A stretch of 64,000 nt of DNA from a virus. How positions within the stretch are numbered: position 1 is the first letter of the stretch; every line of letters begins with the position of its first letter. Both the position numbers and the translations under genes were made by a program. Below the pieces are notes generated by a model, which searched no databases, was not told the DNA's origin, and saw only the letters and a list, made by a program, of their open reading frames with translations. This document shows, piece after piece, positions 48,139 through 58,275 of this stretch. The DNA lies in IMG/VR virus record IMGVR_UViG_3300009345_000003, positions 1-64,000 of that record; one strand, written 5' to 3'.

Positions 48139-48543
48139 TCACAAATTGTCAATAGCTTTTTCGTATAATTTGATCACAAAATCTCTGTCTAAGTATGAAG
48201 GATCAAACAAATCCTCCTGAAACAGGGGGCATTGCGTAAAGCAACCAACATGGTCTATTTCATCATCACCTATAATCTGAAATGGGCACACCTGTGAAGG
48301 TCTACGTATTTTAGTGATTAGCTCACCGCGCTCAGCATATGCCACGGGATCATGTAACATCTTATTACTCCACACCGATTTTTCCACAGTGCATAAACCC
48401 CAGGTGCAATATGGTGCTCCATCTTCGGTAAACCCTTTTTCAAAAGGCTGTTTAGCCTTTATCATTCTGTATAACTTAGTCAATAAAGCTACATATTGAG
48501 GTTGACCTAAAAAGATACTGTTTTTCTTAGCCACTATACCCAA
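48139..48543 (-). CDS. Cys-rich hypothetical protein
   Basis: CTWGLC...CPF...GCFTQC; GGAGG RBS. Confidence 0.75.
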   Translation of the reverse strand: MGIVAKKNSIFLGQPQYVALLTKLYRMIKAKQPFEKGFTEDGAPYCTWGLCTVEKSVWSNKMLHDPVAYAERGELITKIRRPSQVCPFQIIGDDEIDHVGCFTQCPLFQEDLFDPSYLDRDFVIKLYEKAIDNL

Positions 48544-51251
48544 ACCTCCGTTGTTTTAAAATCAACGTGCAATGTAATATCACCCAAAAAGTAATCAACT
48601 TTAGGATAATCAGTACGCACTTGCTCAAGCATTCCTTTTTTCATTAATGCTTCTGCTTCCTCTTTTGGCACTGAATTATGCACTTCCCATGTCATAGAGT
48701 CGTGGACTTCTGCCCACGGAAACACTTTAGTACCATACAAACCAGCTGCGGATAAAAGCTTATGTTGAGATACTAATGACAAAAGAAATATATCTGATGC
48801 TGTAGCCTGAACATAAGTGTTTACACCCTGGCGCAAAGCCTGTTCGTCCACATAAGGAAACTTTCTTTCGCGTCCAAAGACAGTACGTGCTTTCTTATGT
48901 TCTATAATATAATCACGTGTATTATTAATCCAGGTTTTCACTGAGGGCATACCTTCAAAAAAACGCTGCGTAAAAGCAGCAGCTGTTTCTATGTCCCAGG
49001 AGCCGTCTTCCAACTTCCAACCTAATGTGCTAGCAATACCTTCAGGTGTCATACCATAAAGTGTTCCAAATGATATAACCTTTGATGCCTGCCTAAACGA
49101 ATCGCCAAACTTTTCACGCTCTTTAGCATTCTTAATAATCATGTCATAAGGTATTTGAAATGCACGCGAAGCAATCATACTATGAAAATCAGCATCTTTA
49201 TCATGACATACAGCAGCAATTTCAGGTGACTTGCCATATGCGCCAGCAACACGAACTTCAATCTGTGAATAATCAGCATATGCCAGATAATAGCCGGGCC
49301 GCGCCTTAAAAATCTGCCGAGTATCCGCACCACGAGGCTGATTTTGAATATTAATCTGATTTGTTTTTCCAAGTCCTACCGAATCAGTTCCACCTGATGA
49401 AGTTCTACCAGAAGCGGTTGAGTTAGTCTTAAATGACGCATATACAAATTCACCCTCTCGTTTTTTAGCCAATCCAGTAACATATGTAGACATCTTTTTT
49501 GACGCTACTCGATAATCTAATAAAACCTTTAACAGTTCGTTGTCAGTCTCAGCATATTTATCTTTCAAAGTACCTTTTGTAGTGTTTTTTAAATTCCAAT
49601 CAGGGTGTGAATGTTTTATACATGCTAAAACAATATCATTTGATCTAGGATTAAAAAGCTTCACCCCCTTGGGCTTGTACGTCTTCATACGCTTACGCCC
49701 TTTCTTTTCACCAGTTTGTTTCAAAAACTCATTATGCTTACGTGCTTCTGCATTAGATACTCGAATGTCTTTTTCACGCTTAGCTTCTGCATAAGCATGC
49801 TCAGTTTTTACTTTATCATTATATGCAGCAACTTCAGGTGTATCTAAAAAACGCCTACATAACTGACGTAATTCGTCCATATATTCGTCAGCTTTCTTAT
49901 TTAATAGCGTATCATTAAGCATGATACCTCTAGCTTCCATGTCACGCAAAATAGGCTTTACACCACAGATTATCTTGTCATACAAAAACGACATATCCTG
50001 TTTATCTACATAGTATCTTAACTTAAAAAAGAGTATAGCTGCTGCCAGGACATCACCGGCGCAGTAATCATGAAGAGTCTTTGTGTCTATTTCCCTATAA
50101 TATTTACCAGCAGTAGCTTTACCTTTTTGTTTAATGTCACCTGCCCATGCTGCTAACTCAGGGGCGTATTCAAATATTAATGATTCAAGGTTAAACTTTT
50201 TCCTGGATTGGTTGACAACATAAGCCTCATCCATGGGATCGTTATTATTCCACACAAACACATCAGAGTGTCTCGCAAGTACACCTGAATCGTAATTACT
50301 ATTAAAAGCTACAGATTTAGTTTTAGCAATGGCTTTAGCTAACGTTGTGGTTACAGGACCAGTGTATATGACTAATTTTTTAGGATCATACGAAAAACTA
50401 TGACATCCAGGTGTATACGTAGTTTCCTCTAAATTTCTAAAAAACCCAAAACCTGTACATCGCGTCTGGCAGTATTCTTTACCGTACTGCCAGTCTAATG
50501 CAGATCGTTCAGATACAAGCGACATCCCTTTATATTTTATTTCTTTTTTTTCAAGTTTTTCCGGGCATATAGTTTCAAAGTCATATTGCAGAAATTCGCC
50601 CTTCCATCCTTGAATAAGCGCAACCATTTCCGTAACACGTTTAACAACGGTATATTCAAGCTTAATTTTTTCATTAAGATTAATATCACAATCACCACCT
50701 AGCGCTTTATCAAAAAGATTGCGTAAATCTGTTTTATATATTTCAAAAGCTTTGCGTTCAGATTCTTTAGTATATTTATAACCATCACGCTCACCATGTT
50801 TACGTAAATAGTATGATGGCGAATGCATACATATATAAATGCGCTCACCTTTGCGCACAATCTTATTACAAATCTCTACAATGTTACGACCTAATAACAT
50901 CTGCGGAGGATAATTACCTGCTAATAATATTATGTTGCCTTTAAACTGCTCTAGTTCATCTTCTAAAGTACTTTTAAAACAAGTCTTAGCTTCAGGCTTA
51001 TTTACACGCTCCTTACCCGGATAACATTTAACTGCATTAGTCACATAAACATAATCTCTATGGATTATATCCTCCAAGCCATTAAGTAAAAATTGAAACT
51101 CACTTTTACCCCAGCACTTACCATTAAATGTGGCTGATTTATTAGGATAGTCACCAATAACAAATAAAGTCTTCCCAGCTGGGGTATCTACTGGCCAGTA
51201 AGCTGTATTAGCAAAAAATTTACACTTATCGCACTTATCACTCTTGTACAT
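48534..51251 (-). CDS. family A DNA polymerase with N-terminal UDG-like domain and 3'-5' exonuclease
   Basis: Exo DFET, FNSNYD, YCAGD; pol SGRTSS, DYSQIEVR, RQASKVISFGTLYG, VHDS; UDG-like TNAVKC.P and H.PSY.LR. Confidence 0.97.
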   Translation of the reverse strand: MYKSDKCDKCKFFANTAYWPVDTPAGKTLFVIGDYPNKSATFNGKCWGKSEFQFLLNGLEDIIHRDYVYVTNAVKCYPGKERVNKPEAKTCFKSTLEDELEQFKGNIILLAGNYPPQMLLGRNIVEICNKIVRKGERIYICMHSPSYYLRKHGERDGYKYTKESERKAFEIYKTDLRNLFDKALGGDCDINLNEKIKLEYTVVKRVTEMVALIQGWKGEFLQYDFETICPEKLEKKEIKYKGMSLVSERSALDWQYGKEYCQTRCTGFGFFRNLEETTYTPGCHSFSYDPKKLVIYTGPVTTTLAKAIAKTKSVAFNSNYDSGVLARHSDVFVWNNNDPMDEAYVVNQSRKKFNLESLIFEYAPELAAWAGDIKQKGKATAGKYYREIDTKTLHDYCAGDVLAAAILFFKLRYYVDKQDMSFLYDKIICGVKPILRDMEARGIMLNDTLLNKKADEYMDELRQLCRRFLDTPEVAAYNDKVKTEHAYAEAKREKDIRVSNAEARKHNEFLKQTGEKKGRKRMKTYKPKGVKLFNPRSNDIVLACIKHSHPDWNLKNTTKGTLKDKYAETDNELLKVLLDYRVASKKMSTYVTGLAKKREGEFVYASFKTNSTASGRTSSGGTDSVGLGKTNQINIQNQPRGADTRQIFKARPGYYLAYADYSQIEVRVAGAYGKSPEIAAVCHDKDADFHSMIASRAFQIPYDMIIKNAKEREKFGDSFRQASKVISFGTLYGMTPEGIASTLGWKLEDGSWDIETAAAFTQRFFEGMPSVKTWINNTRDYIIEHKKARTVFGRERKFPYVDEQALRQGVNTYVQATASDIFLLSLVSQHKLLSAAGLYGTKVFPWAEVHDSMTWEVHNSVPKEEAEALMKKGMLEQVRTDYPKVDYFLGDITLHVDFKTTEVWV

Positions 51252-51263
51252 GCAAAACCCCTT

Positions 51264-53015
51264 TTAAATCTTAAATCCTGCACGCTTATTAAATTCTCCA
51301 CCTGCATCACGTGAAGTTTCCCTAAAACATACTTGATCAGTACGATACTCTAACCATTTACGACCACCACACGAATGTCGCCCTGCATCATTACGAATAG
51401 ACATTTTTTGTTTAAAGCTTGAGTCGTCCGTATCATTTTTATCTCTATGTAAAATTAATAACGCATCGGAATCAGATACAGCAGCACCAGACCAAGCCAC
51501 ATCATTGCTAGACATCTCCTTATGTGATGACTGTTTCCTTGGCTGCGCAATACAAATAATAGGTATATTTAGTTCTAAAGTAATATCCTTGAATGCTTTG
51601 TACGCATTCTCCATGGCCACAGCTTTACCTGTAGAATCCGTAACATTGCGCACCATGTAATGTATATTGTCAAATACAATAAGATCAACACCATATCGAG
51701 CATAAGCATCCCTAAATGTTTGCATTAAAACATCTTGCTTTACATTAGAATCGTAACCAATAAAAAGAGGTAACTTATCACGATATGTTTCCATAAATAC
51801 ATATCTATCTGCACCAGTCACTTCACGCCCGACACCTAAGAGCATTCCAATAGATATGTCTAACAAATCACGCCCGGACATCTCCATACAATAAAATAAG
51901 CAGCGTTTGTTTTGAAGACATGCATCTAAACACAAAGACATGGCAAATGTAGTTTTACCAATTTTAGGCGGAGCAGTCAGTGTAATTAAATGACCAGCAG
52001 TCAAACCACCGCCAAGTAGCTCATTCACTCCAGGTAAATAAGTATAAATGTGATTTTCATCACCTGTTACAATGGCATCAGTAAGAATGGTATCTATATT
52101 TTGTATGGCGGGTAAATCTATTAGTTCTGCTTGCTTAATTAAACTTTTAAATCGTTCGTCACCGTTAGGCCCATTTAAAACATCTGCAACGTCCATGCCC
52201 TCTGGTAATTCTGCAATCTTGGTCCTATACGTACCAAGACGTTGCGCAATCTTCCTGGCACCCTCCTGGCCTGCATCATCACCATCATATGCGATGATAA
52301 TCTCCTTGGCCTTAGATATAAGATCAAACCAGCGAGGTTCCATATTGCCTGCGCCGGAGGTTGTACCCACAGCATTTTTAAACCCGTGTTCCCAAGCCAC
52401 GATAAGGTCTTTTTCACCTTCGCAAACAAGTACAGTTTCTGGCTCTTCTACCTTGGCTAGCACATCCTCATTAATCATTATCTTTGAGGCATCTTTAATT
52501 TTTATGAAAGCTTTAGGATAATTAAACCATGTTTTAAACTTTACATCATATAAAGCACCATTTTTTATAAGGGGGGTTACTAATGCAGGATAACTATCAT
52601 CCAAGCTAGGAAAAAAATAATTATCTGTGTAGCCTAATTTAAAATGTTTTACTGTTTCTTCAGTGATACCCCAATTAACGCATAGTTCAGATAATAACTC
52701 AGAATCATCAATGAGAACAGCATGTGCATTCTCAACATCAATCATATTATCTTCTGATAATGCTTTTAATTTTGATGATGATGGTGCAGCTATACTAGAT
52801 GTTAAACCTAGTAAACGGTTCAAAGTAAACAAGTTACCTGACGTAGGCTTACCATTCTTTTCATGTCTGTTTAAATTAAAACATTTGAACAAACCAGAAA
52901 AAGCATTGATACTAAACCCATCGCCATCACATAAGGGACATCTACGTAATTTTATTTCGTCATTATCTTCACGAAATTCATAGCCCTGCTGTTTAACCCA
53001 ATCAATAGGCTTCAT
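51264..53015 (-). CDS. primase-helicase (T7 gp4/Twinkle-like)
   Basis: N-terminal CPLC Zn finger, TOPRIM CEGEKD and YDGDDAG, DnaB-like APPKIGKT, MEM, FDNIH. Confidence 0.95.
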   Translation of the reverse strand: MKPIDWVKQQGYEFREDNDEIKLRRCPLCDGDGFSINAFSGLFKCFNLNRHEKNGKPTSGNLFTLNRLLGLTSSIAAPSSSKLKALSEDNMIDVENAHAVLIDDSELLSELCVNWGITEETVKHFKLGYTDNYFFPSLDDSYPALVTPLIKNGALYDVKFKTWFNYPKAFIKIKDASKIMINEDVLAKVEEPETVLVCEGEKDLIVAWEHGFKNAVGTTSGAGNMEPRWFDLISKAKEIIIAYDGDDAGQEGARKIAQRLGTYRTKIAELPEGMDVADVLNGPNGDERFKSLIKQAELIDLPAIQNIDTILTDAIVTGDENHIYTYLPGVNELLGGGLTAGHLITLTAPPKIGKTTFAMSLCLDACLQNKRCLFYCMEMSGRDLLDISIGMLLGVGREVTGADRYVFMETYRDKLPLFIGYDSNVKQDVLMQTFRDAYARYGVDLIVFDNIHYMVRNVTDSTGKAVAMENAYKAFKDITLELNIPIICIAQPRKQSSHKEMSSNDVAWSGAAVSDSDALLILHRDKNDTDDSSFKQKMSIRNDAGRHSCGGRKWLEYRTDQVCFRETSRDAGGEFNKRAGFKI

Positions 53016-53035
53016 ATAGTGTTAGCTCCAATCAG

Positions 53036-53905
53036 TTATACAGGTGTCTTTGTGTACGAACGTGCGTATTCGCTCCAATCCATAAGTTCAGTTCCATGCA
53101 ACTTATACTCAGGTCGAGTTTGAGTCAAAAACTTTAAACAAGATCGGTGGCGTTTTCCAAAATCGTTAATATAATTAGCTAACTTAATTCTATCTTTTAA
53201 TGGAATTATTGATCCTTTAACATGCTGCTGCATAGCTTTAGACACTACTAGCTTAGGTAATTCCCAAAAATACAAACCGTAGCCATAACAATTATGCATC
53301 TGTTTAGGTACTACAGGCTTAGACCAATGAACACTATACCATGTCTTTGTCAGCCTTTTATATACAGACTGCTTCTTATAAAAGTTGTGTGCTTCACCAA
53401 ATAGATCAGTGTATTCATCATTTAAGTTATGATAAGCAGCTGAAAAAAAAGCTTTTTCTATCATGTATAATGATGTGGGTACACAAATAGGGTCTTTTTT
53501 AGTCAATAAAATACTAGCAAAAGCACGAATAGTATCTATCTGATCAATAGATAAAAATTCTATTTTACGTGAATCTACAGAAAAATAGTTATCCCTGACT
53601 TTGTATAGTACAGGCACAAAATTTGGATGTTGGCTTAATACCAATTCAAAAGAAAGTATTTCTACATTCTTAATATGTTCTGAAATTAGGTGTTTAAAGG
53701 AAGGTATGAATTTGTACGTATCTTTATAATACGCAATTACATTTGAAAAATATGCAGCCCCTTTCTCTAACGAATCAATATGTCTTAGTTTTAAGAACTT
53801 TGACAGAGCTGTGCGGTCAATAACTAAGTCTCTTCCGTATGTCTTTGTAAAGCTGCTCTGAATCCGGTGAATCAACGAATTCAAGAAAGTTTGCCGCAAA
53901 AGCAT
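53036..53905 (-). CDS. hypothetical protein in the replication cluster
   Basis: 289-aa ORF; start uncertain. Confidence 0.7.
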   Translation of the reverse strand: MLLRQTFLNSLIHRIQSSFTKTYGRDLVIDRTALSKFLKLRHIDSLEKGAAYFSNVIAYYKDTYKFIPSFKHLISEHIKNVEILSFELVLSQHPNFVPVLYKVRDNYFSVDSRKIEFLSIDQIDTIRAFASILLTKKDPICVPTSLYMIEKAFFSAAYHNLNDEYTDLFGEAHNFYKKQSVYKRLTKTWYSVHWSKPVVPKQMHNCYGYGLYFWELPKLVVSKAMQQHVKGSIIPLKDRIKLANYINDFGKRHRSCLKFLTQTRPEYKLHGTELMDWSEYARSYTKTPV

Positions 53906-54104
53906 TGAGCATGAACCTCGCTACATCTTGGGGAGTTAGATTATACGCCAGGGCTACTTTCTCTAGCATATACAGAGTTTCACCATCTAAACTTATAGTG
54001 AATTGCTCTGTTTCAAAGCCATCCACAGGTAATTCAACAATCTCAGGTGGTTTTTTCTGCGCTAATATCAGTTGCATTAACACTTCTTGAAAAAATCTAT
54101 CCAT
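53817..54104 (-). CDS. ribbon-helix-helix-like protein
   Basis: FTISLD.ET...LEKVA...NLT..DVARFML. Confidence 0.55.
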   Translation of the reverse strand: MDRFFQEVLMQLILAQKKPPEIVELPVDGFETEQFTISLDGETLYMLEKVALAYNLTPQDVARFMLNAFAANFLEFVDSPDSEQLYKDIRKRLSY

Positions 54105-54114
54105 ATTTTTTTAT

Positions 54115-54161
54115 AAAGGCTGGTAGCACTAGGCAAAGGATAAGTACTACCAGCCTTTTTT
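54115..54161 (-). terminator. strong hairpin / terminator with UAUCCUUUGCCU loop
   Basis: 16-bp stem AAAGGCUGGUAGUACU/AGUGCUACCAGCCUUU. Confidence 0.75.
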
Positions 54162-54187
54162 ATGATTTAGCGTGGTGAAACACTAAA

Positions 54188-54982
54188 TTAGTTATCGTCC
54201 ACATACTTTTTTAAGTCCGCGACAACATTTGCGAGATTACTAACAATATGTTTGAATTCTTCATCTACAGCACCAGCAGCGGCATCAGAAGGTTGTACAT
54301 TACCTACAGCTTCGATGATTTCTTTCTTAATACGGTTCAACTTAAGGTCCATCTTTTGTAGCTTATCATCAATAGCATCAAAACGAGAAGTCACCAACTC
54401 AACAATGGACACACCAGGAGCAGCGACTGCTTCAGTAGATTCATCTTCTGCATCAACTTCAGAATCAACTTCCGGCTTCGGATCAGCTACTTTTTTACGC
54501 TTAGTAGTTATAGGCGCTTCCGGCTCAAGCTCGGGTTCAGGTTCAGGTACAATCATATCATCGTCATCTTCTTCTATGATATCATCAACAGGATCATCAA
54601 TAGGATCATCAAGGGGGTCGTCAATAAGATCATCCGTAGGCTCTTCAATGGAATCAGCCATAGATTCCACATCAAGATCATCAACGTCTGGCTCTGGCTC
54701 AATAAGTTGTTCCGGCTCCGGCTTAGCCGTACGCTGAGCAGTAGGTTTATCTAACTTTTTTTCAGACTTTTTAGCTGTTGCTTTACCACCACTTTTTTTC
54801 TTGATTTGTGCCCTGATTTCTTCTTCATACTCCTGTGCAACTTCAAAACGAGCCGGTGGGCAGTTCATTGTCTCCGGCGTCGAACCTTCAGGCATCAACT
54901 CCTCTCCATTGATAGAGTAGCAATCATCATACTGTGTACAGTATTTACATACTCGACAAGGATGACCTTCTTGTAATTGCAT
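54188..54982 (-). CDS. highly acidic protein with Cys-rich N-terminus and C-terminal coiled coil
   Basis: CRVCKYC...C; long D/E/P-rich tract. Confidence 0.8.
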   Translation of the reverse strand: MQLQEGHPCRVCKYCTQYDDCYSINGEELMPEGSTPETMNCPPARFEVAQEYEEEIRAQIKKKSGGKATAKKSEKKLDKPTAQRTAKPEPEQLIEPEPDVDDLDVESMADSIEEPTDDLIDDPLDDPIDDPVDDIIEEDDDDMIVPEPEPELEPEAPITTKRKKVADPKPEVDSEVDAEDESTEAVAAPGVSIVELVTSRFDAIDDKLQKMDLKLNRIKKEIIEAVGNVQPSDAAAGAVDEEFKHIVSNLANVVADLKKYVDDN

Positions 54983-55026
54983 AATATAATCTCCTGTATA
55001 TCTATAGTACTTGTTTAGTTAAATTA

Positions 55027-55998
55027 TTAAAACGGAACGTCATCCATTCCACTGGCTTCCGAGGGAAAGGCAGGACCAAGAACATCATCATCATCATCTT
55101 TAGCAGATGGTTGCCCCGGTGCACTCATATTACCAATGTCCAAATCATCATCCATATCATCAGGTGCTGGCTCATCATCATATGCATTAGCATTAACATC
55201 ACCATAAACAGACTTTTTGTACTCTTTCCAAGCCTGCTGAACAACTGGTCCCTTAGCAGGATCATAATTATGTTCTGCCCACAGTTTATCCCATTGAGTC
55301 GGGGCTATTTGATTACCCCCGTACATATTCACAGTATGTGCATATATAGTATAGAATGGTAATGCATTAGGCGTTGTAGTTACTGCTGGTAGCAACTTAA
55401 AAGATACCACCTCATCGAGCTTCAAATCTGTACGATAACTGTAATAGCGATCGTACTTAGCTAGTGCAAAAAAAGCACGAATACGGTGAATAGGATTAGT
55501 AATATCAAATGAAGATACACCAATAACCTCACCTATCTTAGCAGCTACCTGCTCAACATACTTCTGTGTAACCGGATGAGTCTTACGGCTCTGTTGCACT
55601 GTATATTTAGGATAGTTACCATCCTTCTTCTTCGATATAGCTAAAACAAAGCCTTTATTAATATCATCAGGATAAGTCCAACGTAAATCAGGATTCTTTT
55701 CAGTTACACCATCTATGATGGTGCCAGCTACTTTTTTAGGTAGCCGCATCATAGCAAATTTATTTTTTTTAGGCCCTGAAAGAATCTTAGTGATTCCTAC
55801 AATGACCTCGATTGCCTTGTGATTTTTAGCTTCATCAAAACCCTGTTCCTCATTAATCTTATTGAATTCATCACAATGAGGACAGCCAATAATACCCCCA
55901 TTATAGGGATTACTCATGCACGGCATAACCATGCTTTGATCGTCCATGACTCCGCCAGATTTCATTCTCTTTGCTTCTGGTGAATTAGCCCAACCCAT
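55027..55998 (-). CDS. single-stranded DNA-binding protein (probable)
   Basis: C...CPHC Zn motif, D...GF.L.I.K......KY.V pattern of gp32-like SSBs, acidic tail ending DDVPF. Confidence 0.7.
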   Translation of the reverse strand: MGWANSPEAKRMKSGGVMDDQSMVMPCMSNPYNGGIIGCPHCDEFNKINEEQGFDEAKNHKAIEVIVGITKILSGPKKNKFAMMRLPKKVAGTIIDGVTEKNPDLRWTYPDDINKGFVLAISKKKDGNYPKYTVQQSRKTHPVTQKYVEQVAAKIGEVIGVSSFDITNPIHRIRAFFALAKYDRYYSYRTDLKLDEVVSFKLLPAVTTTPNALPFYTIYAHTVNMYGGNQIAPTQWDKLWAEHNYDPAKGPVVQQAWKEYKKSVYGDVNANAYDDEPAPDDMDDDLDIGNMSAPGQPSAKDDDDDVLGPAFPSEASGMDDVPF

Positions 55999-56088
55999 AA
56001 TAATTTCTCCTCGTTAAATTAATTCTTGTTTCGACTTTTTGACATAACGTCTTTTTTGTCTTTTCCTTAATTATTGTTGAAAGTACTT

Positions 56089-56796
56089 CTACATCTTTTC
56101 ATGAAAATAAGTCAACACTTTTTTCGAAAAAGTATCATACTCCGTACCTTTCTGTTTTTTAAACACTCTAAAAGCATACCCAGCAGTACCATTCGCATAA
56201 ATTGTCCAAGATAAACTTTTATTCAACTTATTAAGATCAATAAGTTTAAGTTTTCTAGACGCAAAATCAGCTGACAGAAATACATTCTTTCGTATTGCTA
56301 TCATAGTATGTGGTAATATCCGTTCACCTTGTACAGCAAATGTGTGTGGTACGGCAAATGAATCCAACGGGTAGAAAAAAGCAGGGTTTTTTAAAGGTGC
56401 TATTTCATACTCGTCATGCGCCTTGAACATAACATACTTGAGTAAAAAACGTTGAAGACGCATGTTTAAAGTTTTTTTATCTTCTAACTCATTTTTACGC
56501 TCATTAACTAACTTGCGTAAATCTTTTATAGGCTTTGTAACACCAGTTGCAGAAAGCACTGTAGTTACTGAACCTACGCAATCAAGTGACGCTCCTGGAG
56601 AATAGACACCCCAATTAGATGAAGTATTTACTAATCGATTACCAATATCATTAGCGTGTACTGCCAATGTAAAATCATCATTAACCGCTATTGTACTATC
56701 GGGATAAAAAGCGGCAGCTTCTGCATACTCATCCAATATTTTAATGAATTCAGGGTCTGTTTCATTCTCCAGGAGTTTAATATCAAGATTCTTCAT
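56089..56796 (-). CDS. hypothetical protein
   Basis: 235-aa ORF in operon. Confidence 0.75.
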   Translation of the reverse strand: MKNLDIKLLENETDPEFIKILDEYAEAAAFYPDSTIAVNDDFTLAVHANDIGNRLVNTSSNWGVYSPGASLDCVGSVTTVLSATGVTKPIKDLRKLVNERKNELEDKKTLNMRLQRFLLKYVMFKAHDEYEIAPLKNPAFFYPLDSFAVPHTFAVQGERILPHTMIAIRKNVFLSADFASRKLKLIDLNKLNKSLSWTIYANGTAGYAFRVFKKQKGTEYDTFSKKVLTYFHEKM

Positions 56797-57091
56797 ACAA
56801 CTTACTCACAGCACTATCAAGAGCAGGGATAAGTTTGTGCATTTGTGATCTTGCTTCTTTGTCTTTACCTTTGGTACGACCACTAACAATAGGTGATACT
56901 CCGTTAGGATTTAACTTAATTACACCATCTGTAATAATTGTTGTCATACCCCTGCCACGCTTATAGCTGGCTTCTGCCCCCACAGGAAAAAGCTGTCTAG
57001 CAATGACAGTTAATTTTTCCTCCAAAAGCTTCTTTTCTTTTACAATGTCTAAGTACGAACGTAAAAGTTTTGCGCGTTCCTTGGGGTCCAT
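56783..57091 (-). CDS. hypothetical protein
   Basis: AAGGAG RBS. Confidence 0.75.
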   Translation of the reverse strand: MDPKERAKLLRSYLDIVKEKKLLEEKLTVIARQLFPVGAEASYKRGRGMTTIITDGVIKLNPNGVSPIVSGRTKGKDKEARSQMHKLIPALDSAVSKLYEES

Positions 57092-57105
57092 AAGTAATCT
57101 CCTTT

Positions 57106-58260
57106 TTAAAGTATTGAATCAAAATCAAACACTTTTTTCTCGTGTTCATTTATTTTTTTAATTAAATCATGCTCCTGACAAAAAGTAGAAAAGTTGTTAA
57201 AATCCAACTCAGTTAAACGATGACCATCATAATTATAATAAGGCAGCACGTACTTTTTACCCCGGTAATCCTTCCAATCGCCCTTATTACTCAGTTCGCA
57301 TAAACCTAAACTCGCAGCATAGGGTAATAATCCTGTGTAGGGTTCTACCACATTTGTGCGCTGCGAAAAAACGGGAATATACGTTTTTTTATATGCAGCG
57401 CCGGTTCTGGTTTTTTCAACACATGCTTCCAACCATTGACCGACTACAACGCCACCTTTATTAAATATTTTACCTGCCTGTGTAAGCTTCATACCTGAGT
57501 CACGATAGTAATCAGGAGCAGTACCACCAGCTTTTGTTTCACCTGAACCATAAGATGAAGGTTTAAATGTTACATGATTAGCAAACATAAAAAGAACTTT
57601 TGAATCTATCAGAGATGTCATAAGCCTCATTGTTTGATGAATTGCTTTTGCACGCTTACCCATATCTTCTGCCAACGATTCAGAACTAGAAAAGGCAGCG
57701 AGAGAATCAAGTATAACAATAACAGGCACACTAGAAGCAAGGAGCTTGCGACCAAGCTTACCAGCATCAGCACCATTTTTAGGATCAAATTTAACTTTTG
57801 CAAGTTCGGCCTCCACCTGTTTTGCTGACTTCTTCTCTTTTTTTAACTTAGCTGCTAACGCTTTCACTTGCCGCTGATGAAAACTCTCTGCTTCCAATGT
57901 CTGCAATATCGTTTGCAAATGGACGTATACATCACCAATATAAGGGATATCTTCTGGTGGTACAATCAATGTACGTTCAGGATCAATACCCAAGCGCAAA
58001 GTTCTATCAGTATCATATCCGCGCTCTTTATCAAAAATAACTAAAAAAGCATCAGGATTTAATTTTAAAGCATTAGCTGCAATCAGTGACATCACTAACG
58101 ATTTGCCTGACTTAGAAGGTCCATACAGCTCGACCATGTTACCATAATTGACGCCGGAATTTAGGATTATATCTAGTCCATATACACCAGTACCAATCTT
58201 TATACCCCTGTCATATTTTTTAAGAGCATTATATTGAGGTAGTCTATCAAAGTAACCCAT
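57106..58260 (-). CDS. RecA/UvsX-like recombinase
   Basis: TG...LD..L..G, ELYGPSKSGKS, ILDSLAA, ANHV, GG.A. Confidence 0.93.
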   Translation of the reverse strand: MGYFDRLPQYNALKKYDRGIKIGTGVYGLDIILNSGVNYGNMVELYGPSKSGKSLVMSLIAANALKLNPDAFLVIFDKERGYDTDRTLRLGIDPERTLIVPPEDIPYIGDVYVHLQTILQTLEAESFHQRQVKALAAKLKKEKKSAKQVEAELAKVKFDPKNGADAGKLGRKLLASSVPVIVILDSLAAFSSSESLAEDMGKRAKAIHQTMRLMTSLIDSKVLFMFANHVTFKPSSYGSGETKAGGTAPDYYRDSGMKLTQAGKIFNKGGVVVGQWLEACVEKTRTGAAYKKTYIPVFSQRTNVVEPYTGLLPYAASLGLCELSNKGDWKDYRGKKYVLPYYNYDGHRLTELDFNNFSTFCQEHDLIKKINEHEKKVFDFDSIL

Positions 58261-58275
58261 TTAAAAGCCTCGCAA

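Noticed and set aside
48534-58260. Inteins or introns in polymerase, primase-helicase or RecA
   Set aside because: Insertions are short and lack C/S...HN splice motifs and endonuclease signatures
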